Position numbers and translations under genes: made by a program. The notes under the pieces are model-generated. The model was not told the origin of the DNA. It was given only the letters and a program-made list of their open reading frames with translations, and searched no databases. From Thermoproteota archaeon (lineage in GTDB: Archaea > Korarchaeota > Korarchaeia > Korarchaeales > Korarchaeaceae), in contig JAOZGC010000002.1 in NCBI GenBank assembly GCA_027491915.1, positions 416,001 through 480,000 on the forward strand: a stretch of DNA of 64,000 nt. The letters are read 5' to 3'. This document shows positions 9,280 to 19,201 of the stretch, piece after piece; positions within the stretch are counted from its first letter, which is position 1; each line of letters begins with the position of its first letter.

Positions 9280-10482
9280 ATGGACCCCCTCCTCTCCTTC
9301 GCGGCCGCCATGGCGCTCCTGGTGTCCCTGATGGCCCTGGGCAGGGACGTGGTCGAGGCGGTGGCCGCGTCCACCGCGGCCTTCGGCGTCCTGTCCCTCG
9401 GCTGGGGGGTCTTCCCCTCGGCCGCCAGGGGATTGGCCTCCACCGGCACCGTCAACCTTCTCTCGGCCGTGGCCCTGGCCCTCTCGCTGGCCCACGTGAT
9501 GAGGTGGGCCGGAATACTGGACGGGGCCACCGCAGCCTTCGTCTCCGTCGGGAAGAGATTCGCCGCCGTCTCCGTCCCGGCCCTCGTGGGCCTGATCCCC
9601 ATGCCGGGGGGAGCCCTGGTCTCGGCCATGATGATGAGGGGGGTATACTTAGACGACATGGGGGTGAACAGGCCCCTGGCCACCTTCCTCAACTACTGGT
9701 TCAGGCACGTGTGGGTGGCCGTCTGGCCCCTTTACCAGGGGATACTGATAACGGCCGCGATCCTGGACTCCCCCGTCAGGTCCGTGATCTCCGCCACCTT
9801 CCCGGCCTCGCTGGCCTCCGTGGCCGCCGGCCTGCTGGTCGCGGTTCCGGCCATGGGGCGGCCGTCCGGCGGGGGTTATCCCACTCCGGCCGGGTCCCCG
9901 TCCCCCGCATCGGCCGCCCGCGGCCTCTGGCCCTTCGCCCTGGTCGTCGCCTCCTTCCTGGCCGGGCTGCCGGTGACGGGCGCCCTCGCCCTCACCCTGG
10001 CCGCCGTCCTGGTGGCGACCAGGCCGGACCGTTCCGAGCTGCGGGAGGCGGTCGCCTTCGCGCTCAACCCCAGGTTCGTCGTCCTCATCCTCTCCGCCAT
10101 GGTCCTGAGGCAGTTCGTTTTGGAGAGCGGGGCCTCGGGAGAGTTCCTCTCCCTCCTGGGCGACGTGGGGGTCCCCCCCCTGGCCGCGGCCTTTCTCATC
10201 CCAATGGCGGTGGGGGTCTTCACCGCCGCCGAGTTCGTCTACGCCGCCTCCGTCTTCCCCCTGATGAAGGGACTGCTCGCCCCAGGGGGGATCATAGACC
10301 CCTCGGCGATGCTCACCGCCTACGCCGGCGGCTTCGTCGGCGTGATGCTGTCGCCGGCCCACCTCTGCCTCGTCCTGACGGCGGAGCACTTCGGGAGCCG
10401 GGTGCCCCCGGTCTACAGGTACCTGCTGCCCGCGGCGGCCGTCGCCGCCGCCCTGTCGGGGGCGGCAGCCCTGGCGCTCTGA
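9280..10482 (+). CDS. DUF401-family integral membrane protein (putative transporter)
   Basis: PALVGLIPMPGGALVSA, NYWFRHVW..WPLY, MLSPAHLCL; TATA-like TTTTTTA about 30 nt upstream of ATG 9280. Confidence 0.8.
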   Translation: MDPLLSFAAAMALLVSLMALGRDVVEAVAASTAAFGVLSLGWGVFPSAARGLASTGTVNLLSAVALALSLAHVMRWAGILDGATAAFVSVGKRFAAVSVPALVGLIPMPGGALVSAMMMRGVYLDDMGVNRPLATFLNYWFRHVWVAVWPLYQGILITAAILDSPVRSVISATFPASLASVAAGLLVAVPAMGRPSGGGYPTPAGSPSPASAARGLWPFALVVASFLAGLPVTGALALTLAAVLVATRPDRSELREAVAFALNPRFVVLILSAMVLRQFVLESGASGEFLSLLGDVGVPPLAAAFLIPMAVGVFTAAEFVYAASVFPLMKGLLAPGGIIDPSAMLTAYAGGFVGVMLSPAHLCLVLTAEHFGSRVPPVYRYLLPAAAVAAALSGAAALAL

Positions 10483-10504
10483 GGCGGCGGGGATGGGATC
10501 GGGC

Positions 10505-11800
10505 TCATGATCCGGGGGATCCGCCCCCCCGGGCCGCCCTGATCTCCCTGAGTATCTCCTCCGCCCTGTCTATCCTTATCTTCCTCTCCCTCACCAGCCT
10601 CTCGACCACCAGGTCCACCTCCTCCGGGGTGGCTCCCGCCGCCATGGCCACGTTCCTGGCGTGCAGCTTCATGTGCCCTGCCTGTATCCCCTCCGTGGCC
10701 AGCGCCCTGAGAGCCGCGAAGTTCTGGGCCAGGCCGACCGCGGCCATCACCTCCGCCAGCTCCCTGGCCGTCTTGACCCCCATGATCTTCAGGGCCGCCC
10801 GGGCCACCGGGTGGACCCTGGCCACGCCGCCCACCGTTCCCACGGCCATGGGCATCTCTATCCACCCCCTGAGGTTCCCCTCCTCGTCCTTCCACCACCT
10901 GGACAGGGAGGTGTACCTCCCGCCCCTGGCGGCGTAGGAGTGGGCCCCGGCCTCCAGGGCCCTGGTGTCCTGACCCGTGGCCCTGGCCACGGCTATAACC
11001 CCGTTCATTATTCCCTTGTTGTGGGTCGCCGCCCTGTAGGGGTCGGCGGCGGCGAACTCGTAGGCGGCCACCACGCCGTCCACCACCTCCTCCCCCCCTA
11101 TCTCCTCCTTCAGGTAGGTTACCTCGGCCCCGGCGAGCCTCCTGTCGGCCAGGTTTGATATTATCCTCAGGAGGACCCGACCCCCGGTTATCCTCTCTAT
11201 CAGCGGGGCCACCGCCTCGGCCATGGTGTTGACCGCGTTTGCCCCCATGGCGTCCCTAACGTCCACCAGAAGGTGGGTTATGACCATCGGCCCGGAGCCC
11301 GTGCGGACGATCCTCGTCTCGACGTCCCTGGCCCCCCCGCCGAACCTGACCAGCACCGGATCCTGCTCGTTGGCGAGCTCTATTATGCGATCCTTCTCGG
11401 CCAGTATGGCCTCGGCGGCCGACTCCGGGTCGTCCACCCCCACCAGCTGTATCTGGCCTATCATTATCGGGTCGGTGGACCAGGCCCTGAAGCCGCCCGA
11501 CGCCCTGGCCATCTTAGCCGCGTTGCTGGCCGCCGCAACCACCGACGGCTCCTCTATGGCCATCGGGACCAGGACGTCCCTCCCGTTCACGATGAAGTTC
11601 ACGGCGACGCCCAGCGGCAGGGGCCAGACCCCTATCACGTTCTCTATCATCCTGTCCGCCATCTCCAGGGGGATGCCCGAGTAGAGGGCCCTCTCCTCCT
11701 CGTCGGAGAGGCCGGCGAACTCCCTGACGATCCGCCTCCTCTCCTCCATTCCCATCCTGTAGAAACCCGGGATCCTGGAAGATCTGGATCTGGACGGCAT
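10505..11800 (-). CDS. hmgA: HMG-CoA reductase, class II
   Basis: ENVIG, EEPSVVAA, DAMGAN, THNKGIMNG, GIQAGHMKLH. Confidence 0.95.
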   Translation of the reverse strand: MPSRSRSSRIPGFYRMGMEERRRIVREFAGLSDEEERALYSGIPLEMADRMIENVIGVWPLPLGVAVNFIVNGRDVLVPMAIEEPSVVAAASNAAKMARASGGFRAWSTDPIMIGQIQLVGVDDPESAAEAILAEKDRIIELANEQDPVLVRFGGGARDVETRIVRTGSGPMVITHLLVDVRDAMGANAVNTMAEAVAPLIERITGGRVLLRIISNLADRRLAGAEVTYLKEEIGGEEVVDGVVAAYEFAAADPYRAATHNKGIMNGVIAVARATGQDTRALEAGAHSYAARGGRYTSLSRWWKDEEGNLRGWIEMPMAVGTVGGVARVHPVARAALKIMGVKTARELAEVMAAVGLAQNFAALRALATEGIQAGHMKLHARNVAMAAGATPEEVDLVVERLVRERKIRIDRAEEILREIRAARGGGSPGS

Positions 11801-11822
11801 CCCGGTGGAGCTCGGAGATCTC

Positions 11823-13082
11823 TTATAAACCCGGCCCGGCCGCCGGGGAGGGGGCGCGGCGCCCGCCCGGCCGCGCGCCGTCTTTCACCTCCCCCCTGAA
11901 CAGGAGGTAGAAAGCCGCCACGTAGGCGCAGTAGGTCAGGCTGGTCGCGTAGATGGGAACGTCCAGATCGATCCGGTCCATCAACAATCCCCCGACCTGA
12001 GAGGCGACGGAGTTGGGGAGGGCCCAGGCCACGGCGTTCACGGCGGTCACGGACCCCCTCTCCTCTTCCGGGGTCAGCCTCATCATCAGGGCCGACTGGA
12101 GCGGGTTGACGGCGTTCATCAGGACCTGCCTCGGCAGGTACAGGGCGGCCGCGGCCGCGAAGCTTGGGGCGCTCGGTATGGCGGCCAGCAGCGGGATGGA
12201 GGCGGCCTGCGGCAGGACTATGGCCTTGAGGATCCCGAACCTCCTCGACAGGGGGGTCGAGAGGAGGTAGGCCGCGCCGACGCTCAGCTCGGCCATGGTG
12301 AAGAGGGTCCCTATGGGACCCGACTCAACCCCGAACTTGACGCTGAGGTAGTACCCTAGGAGGGGGATGCTCATCCCGGCGCCGAAGGAGACCAGGGCGC
12401 TGCTGACCGCGAACTTCCACGCCACCCTCCGGGCCCTGAGCCCCCTCAATCCCCCCCTCCCCGGCGCCGGCCTGAATCTCTCCCTGACCGGCAGCAGCGG
12501 GATCGCCCCCGCCAGCCCCAGGGAGCCGGCGACCAGCACCATCCTCCTGTAGGACTCCAGGTAGGTCCCGCCGGCCGCGACCCAGATCTCCGGTATCCAC
12601 CCGGCCAGCCCGCCGGCCGCGAAACCCGCGCTCCTGATCGTGGAATCCAGGCTGTACGCCTCTTCCACGAGATCTCCGGCCGCCTCTGCGAACAGGGCGT
12701 TCGACGCCGGTCCCGATAGGGCCCACCCCATACCCTCCATGGCGGCCGCCGCCATCAGGAACGGCAGGTCCACCCTCCACCACAGGACGAGGCCGGAGAG
12801 TGTGGAGAGGGAGTACCCGAGGAGGTAGAGCCTCTTCCTGCCGACCCTGTCCGACAGGACGCCCAGGGGCAGCATGAGGGCCCCCGAGAGGATCCCGGCT
12901 ACCAGGGAGTAGGTGCCTATCGTCGTGGCGGTGTACCCCGCCTCCTTCAGGTAAAGCTGCCAGAAGGATCCCCACACCCCCCAGCCGACGGACTGCAGTC
13001 CGCCGGCCGCTATCAGGAGTTTAGAATCCCTCCCCAGCCTGCCGTACCTCGCCGCCTCCTCCCGCAGCCTCCTCAATGCCAT
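11823..13082 (-). CDS. MFS transporter
   Basis: Motif A GVLSDRVGRK; about 12 TM segments. Confidence 0.88.
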   Translation of the reverse strand: MALRRLREEAARYGRLGRDSKLLIAAGGLQSVGWGVWGSFWQLYLKEAGYTATTIGTYSLVAGILSGALMLPLGVLSDRVGRKRLYLLGYSLSTLSGLVLWWRVDLPFLMAAAAMEGMGWALSGPASNALFAEAAGDLVEEAYSLDSTIRSAGFAAGGLAGWIPEIWVAAGGTYLESYRRMVLVAGSLGLAGAIPLLPVRERFRPAPGRGGLRGLRARRVAWKFAVSSALVSFGAGMSIPLLGYYLSVKFGVESGPIGTLFTMAELSVGAAYLLSTPLSRRFGILKAIVLPQAASIPLLAAIPSAPSFAAAAALYLPRQVLMNAVNPLQSALMMRLTPEEERGSVTAVNAVAWALPNSVASQVGGLLMDRIDLDVPIYATSLTYCAYVAAFYLLFRGEVKDGARPGGRRAPSPAAGPGL

Positions 13083-13168
13083 CGGGGAGCCCCCATCGGC
13101 CCTCAGGAGGGATCCGCGACCAAAAGTTTAACGGCGTGACCCCGGAAACTCCCGACGGGGATGGGCAT

Positions 13169-13486
13169 ATGCCCATGGCCGAGGTGACCGTGATCCCCCT
13201 GGGTGTCGGACCCAGCGTCGGCCGCTTCGTGGCCGAGTGCCTCAGGCTGGTCAGGAGGTCGGGCCTCAGGTACAGGCTCACCCCAACCTCCACGGTCATA
13301 GAGGGGAGCCTGGACGAGATCTTCGCCGTCGTCAGGGAGATCCACGAGGTACCCTTCTCCCTGGGCGCTCCCAGGGTCGTGACCGTGGTCAAGATAGATG
13401 ACAGAAGGGACAAGCCGGAGGACATGGATTACAAGATCAGGAGCGTCGAGGAGAGGCTGGGAGATGCCGACGCCGATGCCGCTTGA
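13169..13486 (+). CDS. MTH1187/YkoF-like thiamine-binding protein
   Basis: AEVTVIPLG..SV, T.IEG, GAPRV..KIDDRRDK. Confidence 0.88.
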   Translation: MPMAEVTVIPLGVGPSVGRFVAECLRLVRRSGLRYRLTPTSTVIEGSLDEIFAVVREIHEVPFSLGAPRVVTVVKIDDRRDKPEDMDYKIRSVEERLGDADADAA

Positions 13487-13955
13487 CGTCCCGCCGGATC
13501 TCCTGAACTACTCGGTCAGGGTGCTGGCCGCGGCCCTCATGGGAGGCGTCGTGGGATGGGAGCGGAGGACCCAGAGGAAGCCGGCCGGGCCCAGAACGCA
13601 TGCCATAATAGCCGCCACCTCGGCGGCCGTCATGCACGCCGCCTCTTCCGTCTTCCCGGCGGACGCCGGTAAGATGATGGCGGCCCTGGTTTCGGCGACG
13701 GGGTTCATAGGGGCCGGCGTCATCATAAGGTCCGAGCTCAGGGTGGTCGGCGTCACCACGGCCGCCACGCTGTGGGGGGTCACCGCCCTGGGCATAATGT
13801 CCGGCATGGGACTGGTGGCCCACGCCGCCGTCCTGTTCGCGGTCGTCCTCCTTCTGTTGGAGCTGAAGCAGCTGGTGGGAGAGCGTGAAGGCGGCCCCTC
13901 GGTCGAGAGAAAACCCACCGGAAGAAAAGAGGGAGGAGAGGAGGGGAAGGGATGA
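13464..13955 (+). CDS. MgtC/SapB family membrane protein
   Basis: GWER...KPAGPRTH, GFIGAGVI, GVTTAATLW. Confidence 0.88.
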   Translation: MPTPMPLDVPPDLLNYSVRVLAAALMGGVVGWERRTQRKPAGPRTHAIIAATSAAVMHAASSVFPADAGKMMAALVSATGFIGAGVIIRSELRVVGVTTAATLWGVTALGIMSGMGLVAHAAVLFAVVLLLLELKQLVGEREGGPSVERKPTGRKEGGEEGKG

Positions 13956-13992
13956 GGGATCCCGCGGGGGCGGGCGGGGGGCGACCCGCTGA

Positions 13993-14913
13993 TCATCCCC
14001 CTCCGCCGCCGAATCCGGGCATCTCCGAGGGCGGCGCGGGCGGCCTGAACAGGCTGTCCGGCGCGGATCTCTGGACCGAGGTGGCCTCCATCTCGACGGA
14101 TCCGCCCGAAGACTGGCCCTTGAAGTAGGTCGGTATCCCGTCTCCCGTGAAGCACGCCTCGCTTCCCGTGCTCTCCCACGCGTAGCAGTAGGACGTCTCT
14201 CCCGCGTATATCCTAGTTCCGATGTAGACCGGCGTCTCCGTCTGGCTCTCCTTCCTTGCCTCGCCGACCGGATCCACGTAGTAGGTCTGCTGCTGAGACT
14301 GGGCAGCCCTGTAACACATCCACCCCTGGCCGGGTACCATGGTGCACTGGACGATTCCCTCCGGGGTGGATATCATCATGAACTGGACGGGCTGCCCCTG
14401 CGCGGTCGTGCTAATCTTATACATGATCTTGCCTCCCTTAACGGCCAGCTCCATGGTACCCGAGGTGCTCTGCCCCTCCGAAGTTCCCGTGAAATCATAG
14501 GTAACCCACCACTCGCGACTCCCCGATAGGAGCGACGCCAGATCTGGTCCTCCCTGCTGCCCTTGACCTCCTCCCTGCTGCCCTTGACCTCCGGCTGGCG
14601 GTGGCGGTGGAGGGGGAGGGGGGTGAGGCCTGGCGTGCTGGCCGCCCAGCCCCGGTATGAGCCCCGCCATTCCCGCGGCCCCGACCACTATCAGGACGAG
14701 CCCGGCCGCCGCGACGGCCATGCCCAGCTTGGCCCGCCCCCCTCCGGATCTGGCCGATTTGGATCTCGCCGCCACCCCAGATTTTCCCCCACTCAACCTG
14801 GACTCGTACTTCCTCCTCATGGACTCGTAGGTCTCCCTGCTTATCTTGCCCTGGGAGTAGGCCTCGTCCAACCTCCTTATGAGGTCCTCGACCCTCTCGC
14901 CTCTCTCAGGCAA
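13993..14913 (-). CDS. Bitopic membrane protein: N-terminal SHOCT-like helix pair, TM, Pro/Gly-Gln linker, extracellular Cys-containing beta-rich domain
   Basis: LDEAYSQGKISRETYE, one TM, poly-Pro, GGQGQQ repeat. TTG start at 14913 inferred from a TATA-like element at about 14953. Confidence 0.6.
   Translation of the reverse strand: MPERGERVEDLIRRLDEAYSQGKISRETYESMRRKYESRLSGGKSGVAARSKSARSGGGRAKLGMAVAAAGLVLIVVGAAGMAGLIPGLGGQHARPHPPPPPPPPPAGGQGQQGGGQGQQGGPDLASLLSGSREWWVTYDFTGTSEGQSTSGTMELAVKGGKIMYKISTTAQGQPVQFMMISTPEGIVQCTMVPGQGWMCYRAAQSQQQTYYVDPVGEARKESQTETPVYIGTRIYAGETSYCYAWESTGSEACFTGDGIPTYFKGQSSGGSVEMEATSVQRSAPDSLFRPPAPPSEMPGFGGGGG
14549..14592. repeat. 21-bp perfect tandem duplication (CCTCCCTGCTGCCCTTGACCT x2) encoding a G/Q linker
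   Basis: Read directly from the sequence. Confidence 0.9.
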
Positions 14914-15118
14914 GGCCCGTCTCCCCCTGAGATAATCTTGGAGGCGACCAGGATATAAGGGGTGTGGATCATTGTTCTCTGCCAGGGACCGCTGGGAAAG
15001 GAACGGAGCCCCGTCCCATCCAAACGTTACCCACATCTGCCGAAGAAGCCATTAGATGTTTCTCCATCTTTCCGGGAATCCGGACCACGTTTAAATTCAT
15101 CCGGGTGGGTTCAATGGT

Positions 15119-16423
15119 GTGAACCTCGTCGTCTGGATCCGGCGGGCATCCTGGGCGGCCGGGGTCGCGGGCCTGCTGATCACCATCCTGGCCCCCGGGT
15201 GGGTCTCAGAACCTGGCCCGCCCGATCCAGCCCGGCTGACCTCCGGAACGATCCTCCTAATCTCCACCGCGGCCGCCTTCCTGGCGGCCGCGAGGACGGT
15301 CGGCACCCCGGAGTACCACTTCAGCCCCTGGGGGCTCGTGCCGCCGGGCACCTTCCTGCTCCTCTCATACTCGGTCATGAGCCTCTCCGGGGCCCTCTAC
15401 GACAGGCCGCTCTGGTCGGGCCTCTACCTGGAGCACGCCCTGATGGCCGCCGGCCTCATAGCGATCGGGGTGGGCGTCAGGGGGTGGGCCGAGGTCATGT
15501 CCCCCAGGCCCAGGGTCGCGGGGACCGGGCGGATCCTGGCGGCCGCCGTGGTCTCGCTGGCCATGGTCGGGGCCATCCTCACGGCCACCGCCTGCCTGTA
15601 CTCCGGGGGATGCGGGATCAGGAAGAACGTCCTCCCAGAATACTTGATCATGGACCTCGTAATGTTCACCCTGTCCTTAGTGATGGCGGCCTGGCTGCTT
15701 AGGTCACCCGTCCTGTCCAGGTTTCCGGAGTCATTCTCTCCCCTGATATCGATCTACATCCTCTTCCCCCTGATGTCTCTCCTCTCCGTGGCGGACGACC
15801 TGATAGACATCCCGGGGGCCCAATCCGAGATGGCCATGATGTTCTACTACTTCCTGGCGCCGCCCCTCCTGGCGGCGGGAATCTTCTCCACGGCCCCAAA
15901 CGTCCGGGCCGCCGGCGACCGGGTCGGGGACGGTCCCTCGCTGACCCTGGCAGAGATATGCCCGGAGTGGAGGGACGCCGAGGGAGAGCTGGAGTTCCTC
16001 AGGTCGGTGTCCCACGGCAGGGTGATACTGCTCGTGTGCCACGCCGGCAGCCCCCTGATGAGGGCGGTCGAATCCTCCGACCTGCCCAGGACCGTGGCCC
16101 TGATGTCGGCGGGCGTGGACCACCCGGAGATGGTGGCCCCTCTAACTTTCAGGGTCGCCCCGGAGCCGGCCCAGATAATCAACCTGATGGAGAGGGTCAG
16201 GAGGTCCTCCGGGCCGCTGACCCTGGTGGTGGACAACCTCACCGACCTGATAACCCTGGGCGGGGTCGAGTCCACCTACAAGGTCGTCAGGGTGATCCTG
16301 GAGGAGCTCCGGGAGTCGGACGCCGCGGTCTTCCTCATGGCCCCGGCGGCCCACGACGGGAGGGTCGTCACCACCTTCAGGCTCCTCCTCCCGCAGAGGG
16401 TGTCCCTCTGCCCGGCTCCCTGA
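15119..16423 (+). CDS. Multi-TM protein with C-terminal DUF835-like (inactive KaiC/RecA-fold) domain
   Basis: About 8 TMs followed by LVVDNLTDLI..GVESTYK...AH; no Walker A. Confidence 0.6.
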   Translation: MNLVVWIRRASWAAGVAGLLITILAPGWVSEPGPPDPARLTSGTILLISTAAAFLAAARTVGTPEYHFSPWGLVPPGTFLLLSYSVMSLSGALYDRPLWSGLYLEHALMAAGLIAIGVGVRGWAEVMSPRPRVAGTGRILAAAVVSLAMVGAILTATACLYSGGCGIRKNVLPEYLIMDLVMFTLSLVMAAWLLRSPVLSRFPESFSPLISIYILFPLMSLLSVADDLIDIPGAQSEMAMMFYYFLAPPLLAAGIFSTAPNVRAAGDRVGDGPSLTLAEICPEWRDAEGELEFLRSVSHGRVILLVCHAGSPLMRAVESSDLPRTVALMSAGVDHPEMVAPLTFRVAPEPAQIINLMERVRRSSGPLTLVVDNLTDLITLGGVESTYKVVRVILEELRESDAAVFLMAPAAHDGRVVTTFRLLLPQRVSLCPAP

Positions 16424-17594
16424 CCCCGAGCATCAGGGCCGCCGCGGCCAGGGACGTGACGATCGAGTAGGAGAAGGCGGCCGAGGCGCCCCAGCGATCC
16501 CACAGCAGGCCGAAAGCCAGGTTGGCCGCCGCGGTGGCCGCGCCCACGGCCAGGTAGTAGAGGCCGTACGCCGTCCCCCTCAGGGCGCCTGGGGCGAACT
16601 TGGCCACGGCGGCCCTCTGGACCGTCTCGACGGTCCCCATGTAGACGCCGAAGATCAGGGCCATGACCATAACGGTCGCCCGAGACAGGCCCGCCAGGCC
16701 CAGGGAGGAGGCGGCGGCCAGCGTGACGTATCCCGCGGCCAGCGCCCTGGCGCTCCCCACCCTGTCGGCCATCCTGCCGGCCGGGACGGCGGCCGCGGCG
16801 TGGACGAGGTTCATGGCGGCGTATATCAGGGGGACCGCGACGACGGCGAACCCGGCGTCCCTCGCCCTGACCAGGACGAAAGAGAAGCTGTAGGCCCCGG
16901 CCGAGAACAGCGCCACCGGGACGAGGAACCGCGAGAATCCTCCCCTTAGGATCTCGCCGGCGTTTCTGAGTCCCCCCGCCCCCCTCTCGTTCCCCTCCCC
17001 ACCTCTCCTCTCGCTCACGAAGAGGGTCAGGACCACCAGGGCCAGCGCCCCGGGGACTATGGACGCCAGGAAGACTCCCCTCTCCCCCACGACCGGGACG
17101 AGCGCCGCGGCCGCCAGCGGTCCGATCACGGCGCCCATCTGATCCATCGACCTGTGTATGCCGAAGGCCCTCCCCAGGCGCGCCTCCCCGACGGACTCAG
17201 ACAGCAGGGCGTCCCTGGCGGAGGTCCTTATGCCCTTCCCAACCCTGTCGGTGAGCCTCACGGCGAAGGCGCCGATCCAATCCCTAACCAGGGCCAGGGC
17301 CGGCTTTGCGAAGTTGGACACGGCGTATCCGGCCAGGACGACCGCCTTCCTGACCCCGAGCCTGTCGGATATCACCCCGGACGCCACCCTGAGCAGGTAG
17401 TTGACCGCGTCCGCCGTCCCCTCTATCAGCCCCAGAATCGCCCTGCTGGCCCCGAGGTCCTCCACTATGAACACCGGCAGCAGCCCGAGGATCATCTCCG
17501 TCGAGACGTCCGTGAAGAAGCTCACGGCCCCCAGGGCCAGGACGTTCCTCATCCCCCCGGTCGATCCCCCGCCGTCCTCCCCGCCGTCGGGCAT
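16377..17594 (-). CDS. MFS transporter
   Basis: SFFTDVSTEM, DRVGKGIRTSARDALL, GRMADRVG. Confidence 0.9.
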   Translation of the reverse strand: MPDGGEDGGGSTGGMRNVLALGAVSFFTDVSTEMILGLLPVFIVEDLGASRAILGLIEGTADAVNYLLRVASGVISDRLGVRKAVVLAGYAVSNFAKPALALVRDWIGAFAVRLTDRVGKGIRTSARDALLSESVGEARLGRAFGIHRSMDQMGAVIGPLAAAALVPVVGERGVFLASIVPGALALVVLTLFVSERRGGEGNERGAGGLRNAGEILRGGFSRFLVPVALFSAGAYSFSFVLVRARDAGFAVVAVPLIYAAMNLVHAAAAVPAGRMADRVGSARALAAGYVTLAAASSLGLAGLSRATVMVMALIFGVYMGTVETVQRAAVAKFAPGALRGTAYGLYYLAVGAATAAANLAFGLLWDRWGASAAFSYSIVTSLAAAALMLGVREPGRGTPSAGGGA

Positions 17595-17644
17595 CCCGAC
17601 CCGGGGGAGCCGGTGCTTATTTACCCATCCCTCCCCCGGGCCCG

Positions 17645-18472
17645 ATGGACTTCGGATCCCGCCACTGGCTCCACGCCCTCTCGGCCTACGCCCTGTTTAT
17701 GGCCGCCTGGGTACCCTACAGGTGGATCTGCGGGGGGCTGGACCCGGCGGAGGTGTACCTGATCGACCTGGCGGCGAAGCCGGCGATAACCGCCCTGGCC
17801 CTCTACCCGACCCTGGTGCTCGCCGACCGGGGTGGCCTGCGGGACCTGGGATTGTCGCCGGCCGGGATGCCGCGCCGCTACGCAGCCGGCCTGGTGGGGG
17901 CCGCGGCCATGTGGGCGGCCCACTACCTGCTGATCCCGACCCTCCTCGGGTACCCGCCGGGTCCCCCGACCCCGGATCTCGACCTCGAGAGCGCCCTGCT
18001 CTCCCTGGACATAATCCTGACGGCCGGCCCGATGGAGGAGCTGTTCGACAGGGGGTACGTCTTCCCCGAGATGCTGAGGTCGGCGCGCCCGGGGAGGATC
18101 GGGACCCTGGCGGCCGCCTCCGCCGCCTCGGCCCTCTTCGCCCTCTCCCACCTGCCGATAGACCTGTTCGTCTGGAGGGCCGGGCCGCTGTGGACGGCCT
18201 TCCACATGGCCTCGACCTTCGCGTTCGGTGCGGCCCTCTGCTGGCTCTCCCTGAAGACCGGGGGGATAGAGGCGGCCGTGGGGTTCCACACCGGTTGGGA
18301 CCTGGCGGTGACGATTCTGGTGGTCCCGTCGGTGGTCCCGGGCTGGGCCTACCCGATCAGGGAGGCCGTCGGTCTGACCCTGGGGGTGGCGGCGGCCGCG
18401 GCCCTCTCCGGGGCCCGGGGCGGGTGGCCCCGGGCGCCGAGCCGGGTCAGATCCTCCCCCCAAGGAACATGA
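17645..18472 (+). CDS. CPBP (CAAX/Abi) intramembrane metalloprotease
   Basis: EELFDRG, LFALSH, H..WD motifs. Confidence 0.88.
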   Translation: MDFGSRHWLHALSAYALFMAAWVPYRWICGGLDPAEVYLIDLAAKPAITALALYPTLVLADRGGLRDLGLSPAGMPRRYAAGLVGAAAMWAAHYLLIPTLLGYPPGPPTPDLDLESALLSLDIILTAGPMEELFDRGYVFPEMLRSARPGRIGTLAAASAASALFALSHLPIDLFVWRAGPLWTAFHMASTFAFGAALCWLSLKTGGIEAAVGFHTGWDLAVTILVVPSVVPGWAYPIREAVGLTLGVAAAAALSGARGGWPRAPSRVRSSPQGT

Positions 18473-19115
18473 CTATGGCCATGACCATCAGGCCGACCAG
18501 CATCTCGAGGGCCCCGTACAACAGCCTCCCGGCCCCGGATATCTTCCCGAGGTAGACCCCTATCATGAAGAGTCCCGACAGGGTGAGGCCGAAGGACAGG
18601 GGGAAGGCGTACCCGAGCTCCAGAATTCCAGCCTCGGCCGCCGCGAACGGGACGACCGCCAGCATGGAGGCGGCCATGGGGGCCGCCCCGGCCACCAGCC
18701 CTATGACCACGGCGGACAGCCTCATGGCCTTGGCCACCAGGGACCTGTCCAGGTCCATCATCACGGCGGCCTCCATCTCCCTCAGCTGGTGCAGCCTCTC
18801 GGCCCTCTCCGTCATGTAGGTGCCCACCATGGCGGATATCCCTATGGCCACCGCCCCTCCCGTCCCGGCGCTCACCACCAGCCTGGGATCCGGGGTCCCC
18901 GCGGCGTACGCCCCGACCACGACGCCGAGCATGGTCAGCACCCCGTCGAAGGAGTTGGTCACCGCGTATCTCCTTGCTATCTCCCACATCCCGGTCATGT
19001 GGGCGTAGGACTCGAAGCTCTCGTAGACCTCCAGCAGGGAGTCCCAGACCTCCCCCAACAGGAACCTGATCGACCAGAGGCGGCCCCTCCTCCTCTCCCC
19101 GCCCCTCTCCTCCAT
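18447..19115 (-). CDS. VIT1/CCC1 family metal transporter
   Basis: NSFDGVLT, GTYMTERAER. Confidence 0.85.
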   Translation of the reverse strand: MEERGGERRRGRLWSIRFLLGEVWDSLLEVYESFESYAHMTGMWEIARRYAVTNSFDGVLTMLGVVVGAYAAGTPDPRLVVSAGTGGAVAIGISAMVGTYMTERAERLHQLREMEAAVMMDLDRSLVAKAMRLSAVVIGLVAGAAPMAASMLAVVPFAAAEAGILELGYAFPLSFGLTLSGLFMIGVYLGKISGAGRLLYGALEMLVGLMVMAIVMFLGGRI

Positions 19116-19201
19116 GCCGCCCCCCAGCCGCCCCCCTCAGATATAAGTCGGGCGCGGACGCTCCGGTCGATTTTTTTACGTCCGCCCCCGCCGGCCGCCG
19201 C

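Noticed and set aside
8172-10937. Very long alternative ORFs (921 aa here; also 1861-3807, 47836-49560, 51131-53218 and others)
   Set aside because: R/G/P-rich shadow frames of well-supported genes, expected at this GC content.
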